A stretch of 64,000 nucleotides of DNA from positions 32,001 to 96,000 of IMG/VR virus record IMGVR_UViG_3300032213_002832, one strand, 5' to 3'. The notes below the pieces were generated by a model. That model did no database searches. It worked only from the letters and a program-made list of their open reading frames with translations, and had not been told where the DNA came from. Shown here in pieces: positions 18,328-28,853 of this stretch (position 1 is the first letter of the stretch; the number at the start of each line of letters is the position of its first letter). This DNA comes from a virus. Both the position numbers and the translations under genes were made by a program.

Positions 18328-18801
18328 ATGTCTCAAGACCTCGTTAAGGTTGAGGAGGGACTACGGTCTCTCCGTCTTGATCGACTTGCCGAGTTTACAA
18401 AAAAGATCGAAGATATTTCTAAAGGGTTCAACACTATGTTGGCCCCTGTTTATCTACGAGATTTTATTATGGCATACGATTTCACAAACACAATGCTGGC
18501 ATCAGCTATGAGAATGCATGGGATTGCTGATTCTGCTCTTCGCACTGCTGAAGCAGTAGCATACTTTGAAAATGCACCAGAGTATCTAAAATCTAAAGAT
18601 GTAAAAGATAGCGATGCAGCTAGAAAAAGATATGTACCAATGGATCCAGCAGTTCAACAAGCAGATAAGATTAAAGCACAGGCTGAGGCTATGGTTGTAT
18701 TTTTAAAGAATAAACTACAAGCATTCCGTTTAGCACATGATGATACAAAGAAAATAGCTTATGCTAATGAAAACAATGACTCGCCTTATGAAGGCATGTA
18801 A
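18328..18801 (+). CDS. UvsY-like recombination mediator (putative)
   Basis: helical 157 aa with KDSDAARKRYV..DP segment, between SSB and RecA. Confidence 0.5.
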   Translation: MSQDLVKVEEGLRSLRLDRLAEFTKKIEDISKGFNTMLAPVYLRDFIMAYDFTNTMLASAMRMHGIADSALRTAEAVAYFENAPEYLKSKDVKDSDAARKRYVPMDPAVQQADKIKAQAEAMVVFLKNKLQAFRLAHDDTKKIAYANENNDSPYEGM

Positions 18802-18822
18802 GATATAAAATAAGGAATAAGT

Positions 18823-19953
18823 ATGAGTAAAGATAAATGGATGTCCAAATTAGTAGAGGATTTTGGTATTATTGCTAGTCAACTTAATACAAAACTTCCA
18901 CCTGTCATACCCACGCGATCACCATCATTAAACTATGCTACAGGAATAGGCGGATTTCAGCCAGGTAAAATACTTATCCCATATGGACCTGAATCATCAG
19001 GTAAGTCGCTTTTAGCCATGATGGCAATTGCTGATTATCAGAAAATGGATCCAGAAGCTATATTTATATGGTTTGATGCTGAATTCTCATTCAATCTACC
19101 ACTATTTAAAAAGATTGGTGGAAATGCTGAAAAATTGATTATTAGAAGATCAAATGATCCACTACTAATATTCGATTATATTGGCAAAGATCTGCTCGCC
19201 ATGCTACAAGATGGCGCTCCTGTAAGAGGAATTGTCATCGACTCCATAAAGGCTATTAGATACCCTAAAGAAACAAATATGAAGCAAACCACCGATCAAA
19301 AAATGGGTGGAACTGGAGCTAGCTATTTACCGTCAGCTTTAAAATTGATAATACCAATCATTGCTGAATATAATCTATTAACATTCTTAATACAACAAGT
19401 TACAATGGAAATCGATCCAATGAAAGCACTGCGTAATCCGTATGTGATAACAGAGGGTAGAGCTCTTAAACATGCTGGCGATTTGATGTTAGAGATTGTC
19501 AAACTAGATACAAAAAATGGTGTTTTAGAAGATGGAAAAACAATCTCTGGTGCTGCTCAGCAAACAGGCCATGTTGTTAGGGTGAAGGTTAAGAAGAACC
19601 GCCTTGGTGTTCCAGCACGTATGGCTCAATTTACATACAGCTACGATCATGGCATTATTAATACAGGTGATGAGATATTCGATTTAGCTAAATCACTAAA
19701 TGTAGTCTACCATCCTGTTAATCCTTCTACCGGTAAAGAAAACAACATGATGTGGCAATTCGCTAACTATCCTCCTATTCGTGGTGAAGATGCTATGCGT
19801 AAATTTGTTTTAGAATCTAAGAGGATTCAAGAGGAAATCATGGAAGCATGTAACCAGTGTAAAAGTGATAACATTAGTTTTGATGCTGATGGCATGGTTA
19901 TAGATACAGATTCTATTGATCTTGATGTTGGCGTTCCAGAGTTGGATGAATGA
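18823..19953 (+). CDS. recA: RecA/UvsX recombinase
   Basis: YGPESSGKS, FDAE, IVIDSI, EGRALKH, VKKNR. Confidence 0.92.
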   Translation: MSKDKWMSKLVEDFGIIASQLNTKLPPVIPTRSPSLNYATGIGGFQPGKILIPYGPESSGKSLLAMMAIADYQKMDPEAIFIWFDAEFSFNLPLFKKIGGNAEKLIIRRSNDPLLIFDYIGKDLLAMLQDGAPVRGIVIDSIKAIRYPKETNMKQTTDQKMGGTGASYLPSALKLIIPIIAEYNLLTFLIQQVTMEIDPMKALRNPYVITEGRALKHAGDLMLEIVKLDTKNGVLEDGKTISGAAQQTGHVVRVKVKKNRLGVPARMAQFTYSYDHGIINTGDEIFDLAKSLNVVYHPVNPSTGKENNMMWQFANYPPIRGEDAMRKFVLESKRIQEEIMEACNQCKSDNISFDADGMVIDTDSIDLDVGVPELDE

Positions 19954-20327
19954 GTAAGATTAATGAAATCGCGGATAAGGTGGACGAGATCGCCAGCTTT
20001 TATCCCAATCTAGATTTCAGCTACATCTTAGTAGCACCGAAACTATTTAGTAATATGCTTATTGCATTAAATGCATCACCATGGTATCACCAACATAAAT
20101 CTCCTACTGGTGTTGCGTTTGAGAATATCGTGTTACAAACACGTCATGGTGAACTATATGTTAAACCGGAAATAGATTTGGAAGAGGATGATTTGGTTTT
20201 GATGGATAAATCCGGCAATAGATACTCATATAAGCACTTCTTTGTTAATATGCTGGCGGAAAAAATCCTACTAGAGGAGAATGATAATGAAGATATTACT
20301 CATTGGAGATCCTCACCTACAATTTAG
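19950..20327 (+). CDS. hypothetical protein
   Basis: ATGA overlap with recA. Confidence 0.65.
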   Translation: MSKINEIADKVDEIASFYPNLDFSYILVAPKLFSNMLIALNASPWYHQHKSPTGVAFENIVLQTRHGELYVKPEIDLEEDDLVLMDKSGNRYSYKHFFVNMLAEKILLEENDNEDITHWRSSPTI

Positions 20328-21294
20328 CAGGTTTGATACTGCTAAAAAGTTTTTAAGATGGATTGATGAAGTTGTAACTAAACATAAGCCAGACTTAGTT
20401 ATTAACTTAGGCGACACGTTTCATGATCATGGTGTATTGAGATCTGAGATAGTATCAGAATTTAATAGTCATGTTAAAAGAGTAACAGAAAAAGTACCAT
20501 ATATGTATGTGTTGGGCAATCATGATATGGCGAAGCCACGAGATGCTACATATCATGCTCTTCAAGCATTTAAAGATGTTTATGAAGATTTTACAGTAGT
20601 AGATTCTATCTCTCATAGAGAAGATTTAGGTATTACGTTTGTGCCTTTTCAAGCAAATGATCGAGATTTCCCAACTCAGACATTACCAATTTGTATAGCA
20701 CACCAGACATTCGCCGGATGTGATTTTGGTGGCTATAGACCAGATGATGGCCTTGATCCAGATAAGATATCCGCAGATATTATAATAAGTGGACATATCC
20801 ATAAGAAGCAAGCATTCGGTAAAGTCTTCTATCCAGGTAGTCCATACTCTCAAAGCATGAGGGATATCGGGCAGATTAAGGGATTATCGCTATTTGATAC
20901 AGAAACATATAAGACGCAATTCATCCAATGCCCACTACCGTCCTGGCAAAGTCTTGAAGTAGTGGTGTCCGATATTAAGTCAACAATATCTCATATATCC
21001 AATTCCGTAAATGAAACTGATAATTGGGTTGTAGTTTTTACAGGCCCACGTAAAGAGATTGCTGCTATTTTTGAATCTAAAGATTGGAAAAAACTATGTG
21101 AAAAACATAGGATTTCTACCCGTACTAAGTACGTTGATTCAGATCGGGTAGAAAGGATTAAGATTAAGGCTCATACGGTAACTGACGTAGTTGAAGAGTA
21201 TGTTGATAAGGTCTATTCTGGTGGAATAGATAAGGCATTAATAAAGAAGACAATGCGACAACTATTTGATAATTATGACAAAAATAATGTTTAA
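20281..21294 (+). CDS. sbcD: SbcD/Mre11 (gp47-like) nuclease
   Basis: GDPH, LGDTFH, GNHD, AHQ, SGHIH, YPGSP. Confidence 0.92.
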   Translation: MIMKILLIGDPHLQFSRFDTAKKFLRWIDEVVTKHKPDLVINLGDTFHDHGVLRSEIVSEFNSHVKRVTEKVPYMYVLGNHDMAKPRDATYHALQAFKDVYEDFTVVDSISHREDLGITFVPFQANDRDFPTQTLPICIAHQTFAGCDFGGYRPDDGLDPDKISADIIISGHIHKKQAFGKVFYPGSPYSQSMRDIGQIKGLSLFDTETYKTQFIQCPLPSWQSLEVVVSDIKSTISHISNSVNETDNWVVVFTGPRKEIAAIFESKDWKKLCEKHRISTRTKYVDSDRVERIKIKAHTVTDVVEEYVDKVYSGGIDKALIKKTMRQLFDNYDKNNV

Positions 21295-21330
21295 GTATGT
21301 ATATCTGATATTATAACATAGGTAAGAGAT

Positions 21331-21783
21331 ATGACTCGTCCAGTAGAAGAAATCTTAGATCAGCACCGATGGCTCATGAATAATGGGCTAATAAACGATC
21401 TTCATAAGGATACTTTATACCTATACGGTACTTTAGTACACAAAGACGTCCAGGCAGTTGAACTAAGTATAGATGTGGAAAGCAAATCATTGTCCTATAT
21501 AATATATGTAGGCACAAGTTTGTATAAAAGCTATATGACTTACCAAGAATTGCGTACAACTACTACTGTGTTTGGACTTCTAAGATTAAAGTTTCTGCTT
21601 AAGAGAATGGGAAATCTAAATTTTATGGCAATTCTAAACAGTTTTGTAAAGGACTATTGTGGTCCAAATTGGAAAGTGGCATTAGAAATCAAGGATTTTA
21701 AATATTATGAGGACGGTTTTAAGGGGATTAACGACGGATCAGAAGATGATCCACGAGCTAATCCTAATCTTAACAAAGAATGA
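21331..21783 (+). CDS. hypothetical protein
   Basis: 150-aa ORF after TGATATTAT promoter. Confidence 0.7.
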   Translation: MTRPVEEILDQHRWLMNNGLINDLHKDTLYLYGTLVHKDVQAVELSIDVESKSLSYIIYVGTSLYKSYMTYQELRTTTTVFGLLRLKFLLKRMGNLNFMAILNSFVKDYCGPNWKVALEIKDFKYYEDGFKGINDGSEDDPRANPNLNKE

Positions 21784-22153
21784 GGACCTACAACAAGACC
21801 TCTGGCTCTCCTACCTCTGCGGAGAAATAGATTCAACTTTCTCCAATAAATTAAGACAGTTATCCCTATCTCAAAAAATACAACAAACAGCCTCACACAA
21901 CTTTCAAGATATAATCAACTTAAATATTCCACAAGATCAACTAGACGAACTATCAGAGCTACAGTGCTTAATTTTGTTTATGACTATATTAGGTTATAGT
22001 TTAAAACAGGTTAGAGAGTATAATAGTGTAAGTCAGGTTGCTATCAATAAAGAGATGGCTACTCTATCTAAACATGCATTGTGGGTACAGTATGGGTCTA
22101 AAGAGATATCTAAATCCAGATCAAAGATTCGGATTAACAGAACAAGAGATTAA
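21707..22153 (+). CDS. degenerate ECF-sigma-like or HTH protein
   Basis: EDLQQDLWLSYL (sigma2-like) and LSELQCLIL..GYSLKQV...VSQVAI (sigma4-like HTH). Confidence 0.45.
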   Translation: MRTVLRGLTTDQKMIHELILILTKNEDLQQDLWLSYLCGEIDSTFSNKLRQLSLSQKIQQTASHNFQDIINLNIPQDQLDELSELQCLILFMTILGYSLKQVREYNSVSQVAINKEMATLSKHALWVQYGSKEISKSRSKIRINRTRD

Positions 22154-22715
22154 GGTCTCTGAGAAATATTTAAGACGCTATAAAACAGCTGGAGCTATTG
22201 GCGAATCTGAATCAAGCAAGCTATATGAGCTACTCATGATAGGTTACTCTTTTAGTGACATCCATAACCAATACCCACAATATCCTATGGGTCAAATTAT
22301 ACTAACAGCTGCACTTCGTGGTTGGTGTAAAGACAGAGATAAAATGATGGGAACCCTGCGTGATCGAATTCAGGCTAGGGCAGCAAAGAGTATTATTGAG
22401 CAAGTAGATTTTCTTACGTCCATGCTCTCTGTAGCTAATGTACAACATTTAGACGCTATGCGTAAATATATATTAGATCCAGTAAATAATCCATTACCTA
22501 AATTACTCATTAGCGATATTAAGGAATACAAAGAGGTTGCTGAAACTCTAAATAAGTTAATATCTGGTACATCTTCTGGTGGAAAAAAGAGCACAATGAT
22601 GGATGCTGTATCCGCACAAGCATCCACTAGTAAAATAGAAAAAACAGCTAATAAACCACAGGGTAAAGTTTTAGATATTAGACAACTAGATATGGCTAAT
22701 GAAGATGACGAATAA
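22092..22715 (+). CDS. putative terminase small subunit
   Basis: directly upstream of and overlapping TerL; HTH-like GYSFSDIH; start moved to ATG 22092. Confidence 0.45.
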   Translation: MGLKRYLNPDQRFGLTEQEIKVSEKYLRRYKTAGAIGESESSKLYELLMIGYSFSDIHNQYPQYPMGQIILTAALRGWCKDRDKMMGTLRDRIQARAAKSIIEQVDFLTSMLSVANVQHLDAMRKYILDPVNNPLPKLLISDIKEYKEVAETLNKLISGTSSGGKKSTMMDAVSAQASTSKIEKTANKPQGKVLDIRQLDMANEDDE

Positions 22716-24705
22716 GAAACCTAAAAAGGCTAAGACACAAAAAGTAGAGACTGTTAAGCATAAGGTAAATATTTTAAAAACACTCACTATAGAACAGCGC
22801 ACTGAGTTGTTTTTTCGCATTTGTAAGACAAGAGCAGAACTAAAAGCCTGGATTAGGTTGTTCTTGGGTCTGGATATGCCAGATACCACTGTTTCTCGAT
22901 ATGCAGATACAAATCCATTGGATATCATATGGCTTATATATGAAATATGTGTACTTGAGAAAAATCCAGACAATATAGAAGAATTATTATGCGTAGCTGG
23001 AAGGGGTAGTGGAAAAACCTTGGCTGTAGCTATAGCCGAATTTATATTATTATTCCATGATCAAAGAGATGTTGCTCACGTAGGGGCAATTCTTTCACAA
23101 GCTAAGCGATGTTATCAGTATCAGCAGGGCTTCATGCTTAGCGAAAGAGTTAAGCCAATATTAAGCCAATCAATCGACGGTTTTCCTGTCATGGAAAAAA
23201 CAACACAAGAAAAAAGCTCATTTAATGTTAGAGATAGAAAAACAGGCGAACTAGTTAAGATAGACCTAGAAGTATTACCTTGTACACTTAAGTCGGTAAA
23301 CGGTTTTCACGGCGCATTTGTATCCGTAGATGAGATTGATACGGTTCAAGGCGAAGGCGTGAGAGCATTCCAAGATATTTCCGGTATGCTGGATTCCAAG
23401 AGAGGTCGCAAGTCTCTCCGTGTTGGTATATCGACAAGGAAAACACGAAATGGGTTGATGAATCAGCAAATTGAGGATGCTGATGCTCAGGGTAGAACTG
23501 TTAAAAAATGGACAGTTTTAGAGTTCAGTGAACGTTGTCCAGATGAAAGATCTGGAACTACACCTACAGTTGGCTATTATCTACAAGATTCTATGGAAGT
23601 AATCTCTGAAGAATTGTGGCTTAAGAAAGACCCTAAAAAGCAAGAAGAATATAGCAGACAAGAGTTTGCTGGGGAAGGATGTTTAAAATGTCCGATGGCA
23701 GCATTGTGTCTATCTGACGCAAAGAAACAGACGTCTAAATCTCCTATGTTAAAACCAATCTCTGACGCAATTAAGAAAACTAGAGAAAACGGAGCAGATT
23801 GGGCAATATCACAGCTTTATAACTTAAAACCCTCTGTTGAAGGTATCGTATATAAAGAATTTGATGAAAAGGAACATGTTAAAGACTGGAACCAAATGTG
23901 GTTCGTACTTACAAACCAAGAATTTCCTGGTGAGTGTACCCATGATATCTTCGTCAAAAAATGCCATAGTATGGGATTATCTTGTTATGCTGGCATTGAC
24001 TGGGGATGGTCTAACCCTAGTACTGTAGTTTACTTTTTTGTAGATAAAAGAGAAAACATATATGTGGTACGTTGCGAAGGTAGGACGTACACTAATAACC
24101 CAACATGGGCACAGATTATAAAGAGCAAATGGCAACATATGTATCGATGCCAGCTTTATCTACCTGACTTAGCAAACCCCGGCGATGCTCAGACTATGAG
24201 ATTCGAGGGGTTACCATGTCCATCTGAACAACTTAAAGATACCCCTGGTGGTATACAAGTTATTAAAAAATGGCTAAAAAGCTTAGCTTCAATAAATACA
24301 AAGATATTCTTTGCAAAAGAAACATGCGGACCAATAATCACCGAGTTCGGTCTATACCACTTTAAAACAGATGCTGCTGGTAAGATCACTGATGACGTAG
24401 AGAAAGAGCATGATCACTGGTTGGATGCGCTCAGATACGCAATGTACCATTTATTTGGTAAGAGTTCAGCAATTGTTGGTGATGATGACTTTGACATTAA
24501 GAGTTCAGCTTTCGATAGAAATGGAACCTACTCCAGAATGCCCTCTCCTGAAGAATTTGCTTTGTCAAAGAATATCAAAATAAACCCAGACATAACTCAA
24601 GATAAGAGTAAATTAGGGCAAATTGGTACTAAACATGATCTAGATAATGATGGCAATGACGATGATGGGATAGGTGGTAATGGAAGTTTCTTGTGGTCAA
24701 TATAG
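22699..24705 (+). CDS. terL: terminase large subunit
   Basis: AGRGSGKT, VDEID, IST, RNase H-like GIDWGWSNP, HDHWLDALRY. Confidence 0.93.
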   Translation: MKMTNKKPKKAKTQKVETVKHKVNILKTLTIEQRTELFFRICKTRAELKAWIRLFLGLDMPDTTVSRYADTNPLDIIWLIYEICVLEKNPDNIEELLCVAGRGSGKTLAVAIAEFILLFHDQRDVAHVGAILSQAKRCYQYQQGFMLSERVKPILSQSIDGFPVMEKTTQEKSSFNVRDRKTGELVKIDLEVLPCTLKSVNGFHGAFVSVDEIDTVQGEGVRAFQDISGMLDSKRGRKSLRVGISTRKTRNGLMNQQIEDADAQGRTVKKWTVLEFSERCPDERSGTTPTVGYYLQDSMEVISEELWLKKDPKKQEEYSRQEFAGEGCLKCPMAALCLSDAKKQTSKSPMLKPISDAIKKTRENGADWAISQLYNLKPSVEGIVYKEFDEKEHVKDWNQMWFVLTNQEFPGECTHDIFVKKCHSMGLSCYAGIDWGWSNPSTVVYFFVDKRENIYVVRCEGRTYTNNPTWAQIIKSKWQHMYRCQLYLPDLANPGDAQTMRFEGLPCPSEQLKDTPGGIQVIKKWLKSLASINTKIFFAKETCGPIITEFGLYHFKTDAAGKITDDVEKEHDHWLDALRYAMYHLFGKSSAIVGDDDFDIKSSAFDRNGTYSRMPSPEEFALSKNIKINPDITQDKSKLGQIGTKHDLDNDGNDDDGIGGNGSFLWSI

Positions 24706-24811
24706 ATAATAAAGTCGTATTTACATATACTTGGTATAAGAATAGTGCTATATGTTGCGATAGTATGATAATAAGATATAATTAATATAAAGAACGTACT
24801 GGAGGCATTTA

Positions 24812-26749
24812 ATGGGCTTTTTTGATGATCTAACTAAAGGTATTAAAGGCGCCTTATTAAACGATATTAATGAGTTATCTAAAGGCGATGGCAACAAAGT
24901 CATTGATAAGCCACAACAACTACCCGAAAACGAAGGTTCAATAGGTCAAAAGGCTATAATTGACGATCCCTTCTTTGACCAAGTACAGCAACATTTTATT
25001 TTCAGAAACAAAGTATCTCGCATATCTAATAAAACCCTAAAAAGTGTCTCTATGAGAGATTGGGTCGTATCTGCAGCTATACAAGCTAGATGTGACACAA
25101 TGCTGCGATTTGCTCGTCCTCAGCACAAAATGTTTGAGATGGGTTTTAAAATACGCAAGAAAAATCATACAGAAGATCTATCGGTAGAAGATCGTGCCAT
25201 GATTGACAATCTACAAGATTTCATCTATCATTGCGGACGTAAAGATAATGTCCCTCCTGGCGATGAAATGAATTTTGGTGAATTTTTAAAACTATGTACT
25301 CGTGATGCTTTAACATTTGGTCACGTTGCTATTGAAAAAGTACTAACTCGTAAAGGTAGTCTTCATCGTTTTAGACCAGTACCATCAGAAGCTGTATACA
25401 ATATCAACTCTAAAACTAGTAAAGACATTATAGCTAAAGAGATTACAAATGCACGAAAAACTTATAAAATTAAGCAAAACTCTGCAAATACTAATAATTC
25501 AGCTGAATCAGTACAACAATATAATGAACCACCAATAGATTACTACAAATATGTTCAAATGTCGTATGATGAGCGCGTTTTAGCGGCATTCGGTAATGAG
25601 GATATGATATTTAAGCTATTTAATCCACAGAATTTTGCAGATTCTATGGGGTATTGCTATTCACCACTTGAATTAGCTATTATCAATGTTACTAATCACT
25701 TAAATGTCGAAAACTATAACTCTAACTTCTTTACCCATGGATATGCAGCAAGAGGCATCCTACATTTAAAAGGTGCTGTTACTCAATCCCAACTTGCCTC
25801 ATTCCGTCGTCAATTTTACAATTCTATATCTGGTACACAGAATGCTTGGCGAACACCAATTATTGCTGGTATAGATGAAGTTGATTGGGTACCAATGTCT
25901 GGATCTGCCAAAGAGATGGAGTATCTAAACTACAACAACCACGTTATACGTGCTATCTGTACTCAATTCCAAATCGACCCAGTAGAACTAGGCCTAGATT
26001 ACCTAATAAGCGGTACAGGTCGTTCTTCATCACAGCAAGCTAATAATGAATACAAGATCAACTACTCCCGCGAACGTGGTTTGATCCCTATTCTAATGTT
26101 GTTTGAAGACATGATGAATGCTAATGTCTTACCAGCTATCGACCCTGAGATAGCTAAAAAGTTTGAGTTTAAGTTTACTGGTATTGATGAAGAATCTGCT
26201 CAAACAAATGTTGCTTTACAGCAAGCTCAAATGACCGTATTCTCCACAATGAATGATCTTCTTAGAGGCGAAGGCAAAGAACCAATTAAGCATGAAGTGG
26301 CGAACCTACCACTTAACCAAACCTTCTGGGCCTTAGTAGAAAAGAATATGACACGCGGAGAGATTCGTGCAACATTCTTTGGAGATAAGGGTGCAGATAA
26401 GAGAAGAGAGTTACAATATTTACCAGCTGATCCCGCATTTCTTAGCTGGCAACAGCTACTATTAACCATAGACAGTCAGAAGAAACAAGCTGAAGCGCAA
26501 CAACAGCAAGCTGAACAAGAAGCACAACAAGCTGCTCATGATCAAAAAATGGCTGAAGCTAAACATAATCGCGAACAAGAGATGCATGATTTGCAAATAG
26601 ATGATCATAAGAATCGTCAAGCTCATGCAGCAGCAGGCGGTCTTTCATTAAAAGATGCAGCTAAACAATTTGGAGCTGGATCTAAAGCTATAAATATTGA
26701 TGGACAATCAACATCAAATCCAATAAACTCGGACTTAGCAGATACATAG
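24812..26749 (+). CDS. portal protein
   Basis: RDALTFG, YCYSPLE, NFFTHGYAARGIL, NAWRTPI, IDPVELG, SRERGLIP (HK97/Herelleviridae-type portal); follows TerL. Confidence 0.9.
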   Translation: MGFFDDLTKGIKGALLNDINELSKGDGNKVIDKPQQLPENEGSIGQKAIIDDPFFDQVQQHFIFRNKVSRISNKTLKSVSMRDWVVSAAIQARCDTMLRFARPQHKMFEMGFKIRKKNHTEDLSVEDRAMIDNLQDFIYHCGRKDNVPPGDEMNFGEFLKLCTRDALTFGHVAIEKVLTRKGSLHRFRPVPSEAVYNINSKTSKDIIAKEITNARKTYKIKQNSANTNNSAESVQQYNEPPIDYYKYVQMSYDERVLAAFGNEDMIFKLFNPQNFADSMGYCYSPLELAIINVTNHLNVENYNSNFFTHGYAARGILHLKGAVTQSQLASFRRQFYNSISGTQNAWRTPIIAGIDEVDWVPMSGSAKEMEYLNYNNHVIRAICTQFQIDPVELGLDYLISGTGRSSSQQANNEYKINYSRERGLIPILMLFEDMMNANVLPAIDPEIAKKFEFKFTGIDEESAQTNVALQQAQMTVFSTMNDLLRGEGKEPIKHEVANLPLNQTFWALVEKNMTRGEIRATFFGDKGADKRRELQYLPADPAFLSWQQLLLTIDSQKKQAEAQQQQAEQEAQQAAHDQKMAEAKHNREQEMHDLQIDDHKNRQAHAAAGGLSLKDAAKQFGAGSKAINIDGQSTSNPINSDLADT

Positions 26750-26770
26750 TTTTTAGTATAATATTAATAT

Positions 26771-26812
26771 ATAACGTGTATAGACATAATTAGTTTATGC
26801 ACGTTATTTTAT
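26771..26812 (+). terminator. hairpin terminator after portal
   Basis: ATAACGTGTATAGAC...GTTTATGCACGTTAT followed by Ts. Confidence 0.6.
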
Positions 26813-26882
26813 ACACTTATTTTATTTCATGATGTGTATAATTATTGAGAATAATCTGTCTTAAAGATAAGAGGTGCTAGTA

Positions 26883-27809
26883 ATGGCGTGGGTTATATGC
26901 GAAGGTTTAGATAGAGTTGGCAAGAGCACAGTTGCCGAACTGTATAAGCGACAAGGATTTCAGGTAATCCACATGTCGGCACCTAATAAGAAATATAAAC
27001 AACCAGGATACTCTGGACCATCATATTTAGATGAAATACTAGATATGTTAATGGAACATGACGGTAAAGACGTATTCTGGGATAGAAGTTGGTATGGCGA
27101 ATCTTCTATATGGCCTCATGTCTATGGTAGAGAGCCAGCGCTTTCAGAAGACGAATTAGAAATTCTTCAAGAATATGAAGAGCGAAATGAAGCTCTTAAA
27201 ATTCTAATGACTGACCCTAATACAGAAGCACATTGGAAACGATGCGTTGAAAACAACGAGCCATTGACACACCCGCAATTTCGTTTAGCCAATAGTCTGT
27301 ACGCAAAACTTGCACATAAGTATAACTTTGTGCCAAAACAATTGAGTGACTTTAACCATGACATTAGTAAACCTAAAGCAAAAAATGATGAACAAATTAG
27401 TAATGTTGATTCTGAAGTATCAGAAAACACAAAAACTAACAATACTAGAAAAGACATCGTTACTAGCAATATTAGCATCGTTGCGAATACTAAACCTATT
27501 CATGAAAAAAACTCCGGTCTTGAAAGACTCGAAAAAGCTAACGCAATTTCAGCAATCCTCAGCAAGCGCCTTATTAAACAAAGAGGCGATGCGTTCGACG
27601 AACTCGAAGGAGAAGTTACCGACTTCCTTAAGGGACGATTGGAAGAACTTTTAGGTGCTAAAAAGGCTTCTACTCCCTCATTTGCAGAAGAAGAGATTGA
27701 AATACTCAAGGTATTCTGTAAACGTTTAATGGAAAAAGAAAAAGAATCGCAAAGTGTACAGACAAATGTAAGTAAAACCTCTATTAATAGACAACCAATC
27801 AGGAGATAG
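26883..27809 (+). CDS. atypical dNMP (thymidylate-like) kinase with C-terminal helical extension
   Basis: ICEGLDRVGKST P-loop, DRSWYGE..WP.VYGR motif. Confidence 0.75.
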   Translation: MAWVICEGLDRVGKSTVAELYKRQGFQVIHMSAPNKKYKQPGYSGPSYLDEILDMLMEHDGKDVFWDRSWYGESSIWPHVYGREPALSEDELEILQEYEERNEALKILMTDPNTEAHWKRCVENNEPLTHPQFRLANSLYAKLAHKYNFVPKQLSDFNHDISKPKAKNDEQISNVDSEVSENTKTNNTRKDIVTSNISIVANTKPIHEKNSGLERLEKANAISAILSKRLIKQRGDAFDELEGEVTDFLKGRLEELLGAKKASTPSFAEEEIEILKVFCKRLMEKEKESQSVQTNVSKTSINRQPIRR

Positions 27810-27810
27810 T

Positions 27811-28380
27811 ATGACTAAGCGTTTCAATAAGACTAAGGGTGAGCGTTTTCAACAAGCAGAAACCGGAGTTAGCCAATTACAAATGGCCACAAGAGTCACC
27901 CAAATGCTCCTAAAGCAAATGGGCGAATCTATAACTTCAATGTCTAGAGATTTTAATGAACTAACTGCTCGTCAGCGCGATCTGCAATATAAAGTCTTAG
28001 CAATTCAAGAGCTTTCTGGTTTAACTGAAGACCATGTTACTAAACGCGCAGAGTCATTGCAGATTAAGGATTTTGAAGAGACCTCTGCTAAAGAAGATCT
28101 TGCCGTAGGCGCAACGGATGTAGCGGAAGTTGCTGACGATTCTGTTGTAATTTTGACATCTAAACTAGCTTCTGGCGGAGGTATTCTTAGAACTAGATTA
28201 AACGTATCAGAGATTGGATTTCCACAATTTAAACAAGACCTTTTAGGTAAAAAAGTAAATGATACTTTTGATGCAGATATTAACGGAACTACACATAGTA
28301 TAACTGTTCTTGGTATTAAAAAGTTACCAGCAAAGGTAGAAAATGTTGAAGGACAAGAACAACCAACCTCAATCAACTAA
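27811..28380 (+). CDS. coiled-coil plus GreA-C/FKBP-like domain protein
   Basis: N-terminal coiled coil; C-terminal FKQDLLGKKVNDTF...ITVLGI resembles GreA/GreB C-domain (ALLGKKVGD..V...I). Confidence 0.55.
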   Translation: MTKRFNKTKGERFQQAETGVSQLQMATRVTQMLLKQMGESITSMSRDFNELTARQRDLQYKVLAIQELSGLTEDHVTKRAESLQIKDFEETSAKEDLAVGATDVAEVADDSVVILTSKLASGGGILRTRLNVSEIGFPQFKQDLLGKKVNDTFDADINGTTHSITVLGIKKLPAKVENVEGQEQPTSIN

Positions 28381-28783
28381 GAAGATTGATTCTAGATGCC
28401 CTCGCCAGCTAGAGTGTTTACCAGATACCTGGTGCGCCCTAGCGGTCCAGCGTTTAAAAGCGCTAAGACATGCTGGCAGAGAACTCTCGGAAGAAGAAGA
28501 GGCAAAACTCCCAGGTTGCCCCTACGCTACCAATCATCAACTAGCTAATTACTGCTTTTTCAAACTAGTCGAAGAATTCCTTCCAGAAGGAAGAAGTTTC
28601 TCTGATATGGAAATAGCTCATTTTCTAAATATATCTACCGATACTGTTAAGAAGGTTGAGAAAAAGGCTATTCAGCGTATTAAGAATTCGCCAGTATTCA
28701 GAGAAATAATAGATATGCATGATGGTGATCAGATTATGGAAGAAACCACTGATTTTAGAGAATCTGACCATACTAAAGAGTAG
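28343..28783 (+). CDS. Cys-rich protein with sigma-70 region 4.2-like HTH
   Basis: FSDMEIAHFLNISTDTVKKVEKKAIQRIK; five Cys in the N-terminal half. Confidence 0.7.
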   Translation: MLKDKNNQPQSTKKIDSRCPRQLECLPDTWCALAVQRLKALRHAGRELSEEEEAKLPGCPYATNHQLANYCFFKLVEEFLPEGRSFSDMEIAHFLNISTDTVKKVEKKAIQRIKNSPVFREIIDMHDGDQIMEETTDFRESDHTKE

Positions 28784-28853
28784 CTTACACAATTAAGCAC
28801 CATTCCTGTTAAAATAAGAGGTAGAATTACTATATCTCTTAAACAGGTAGTTA

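Noticed and set aside
12680-24705. Inteins or introns in DnaE, RecA or TerL
   Set aside because: No C/S...HN intein ends, LAGLIDADG motifs or frame breaks; extra length is explained by fused domains or small insertions.
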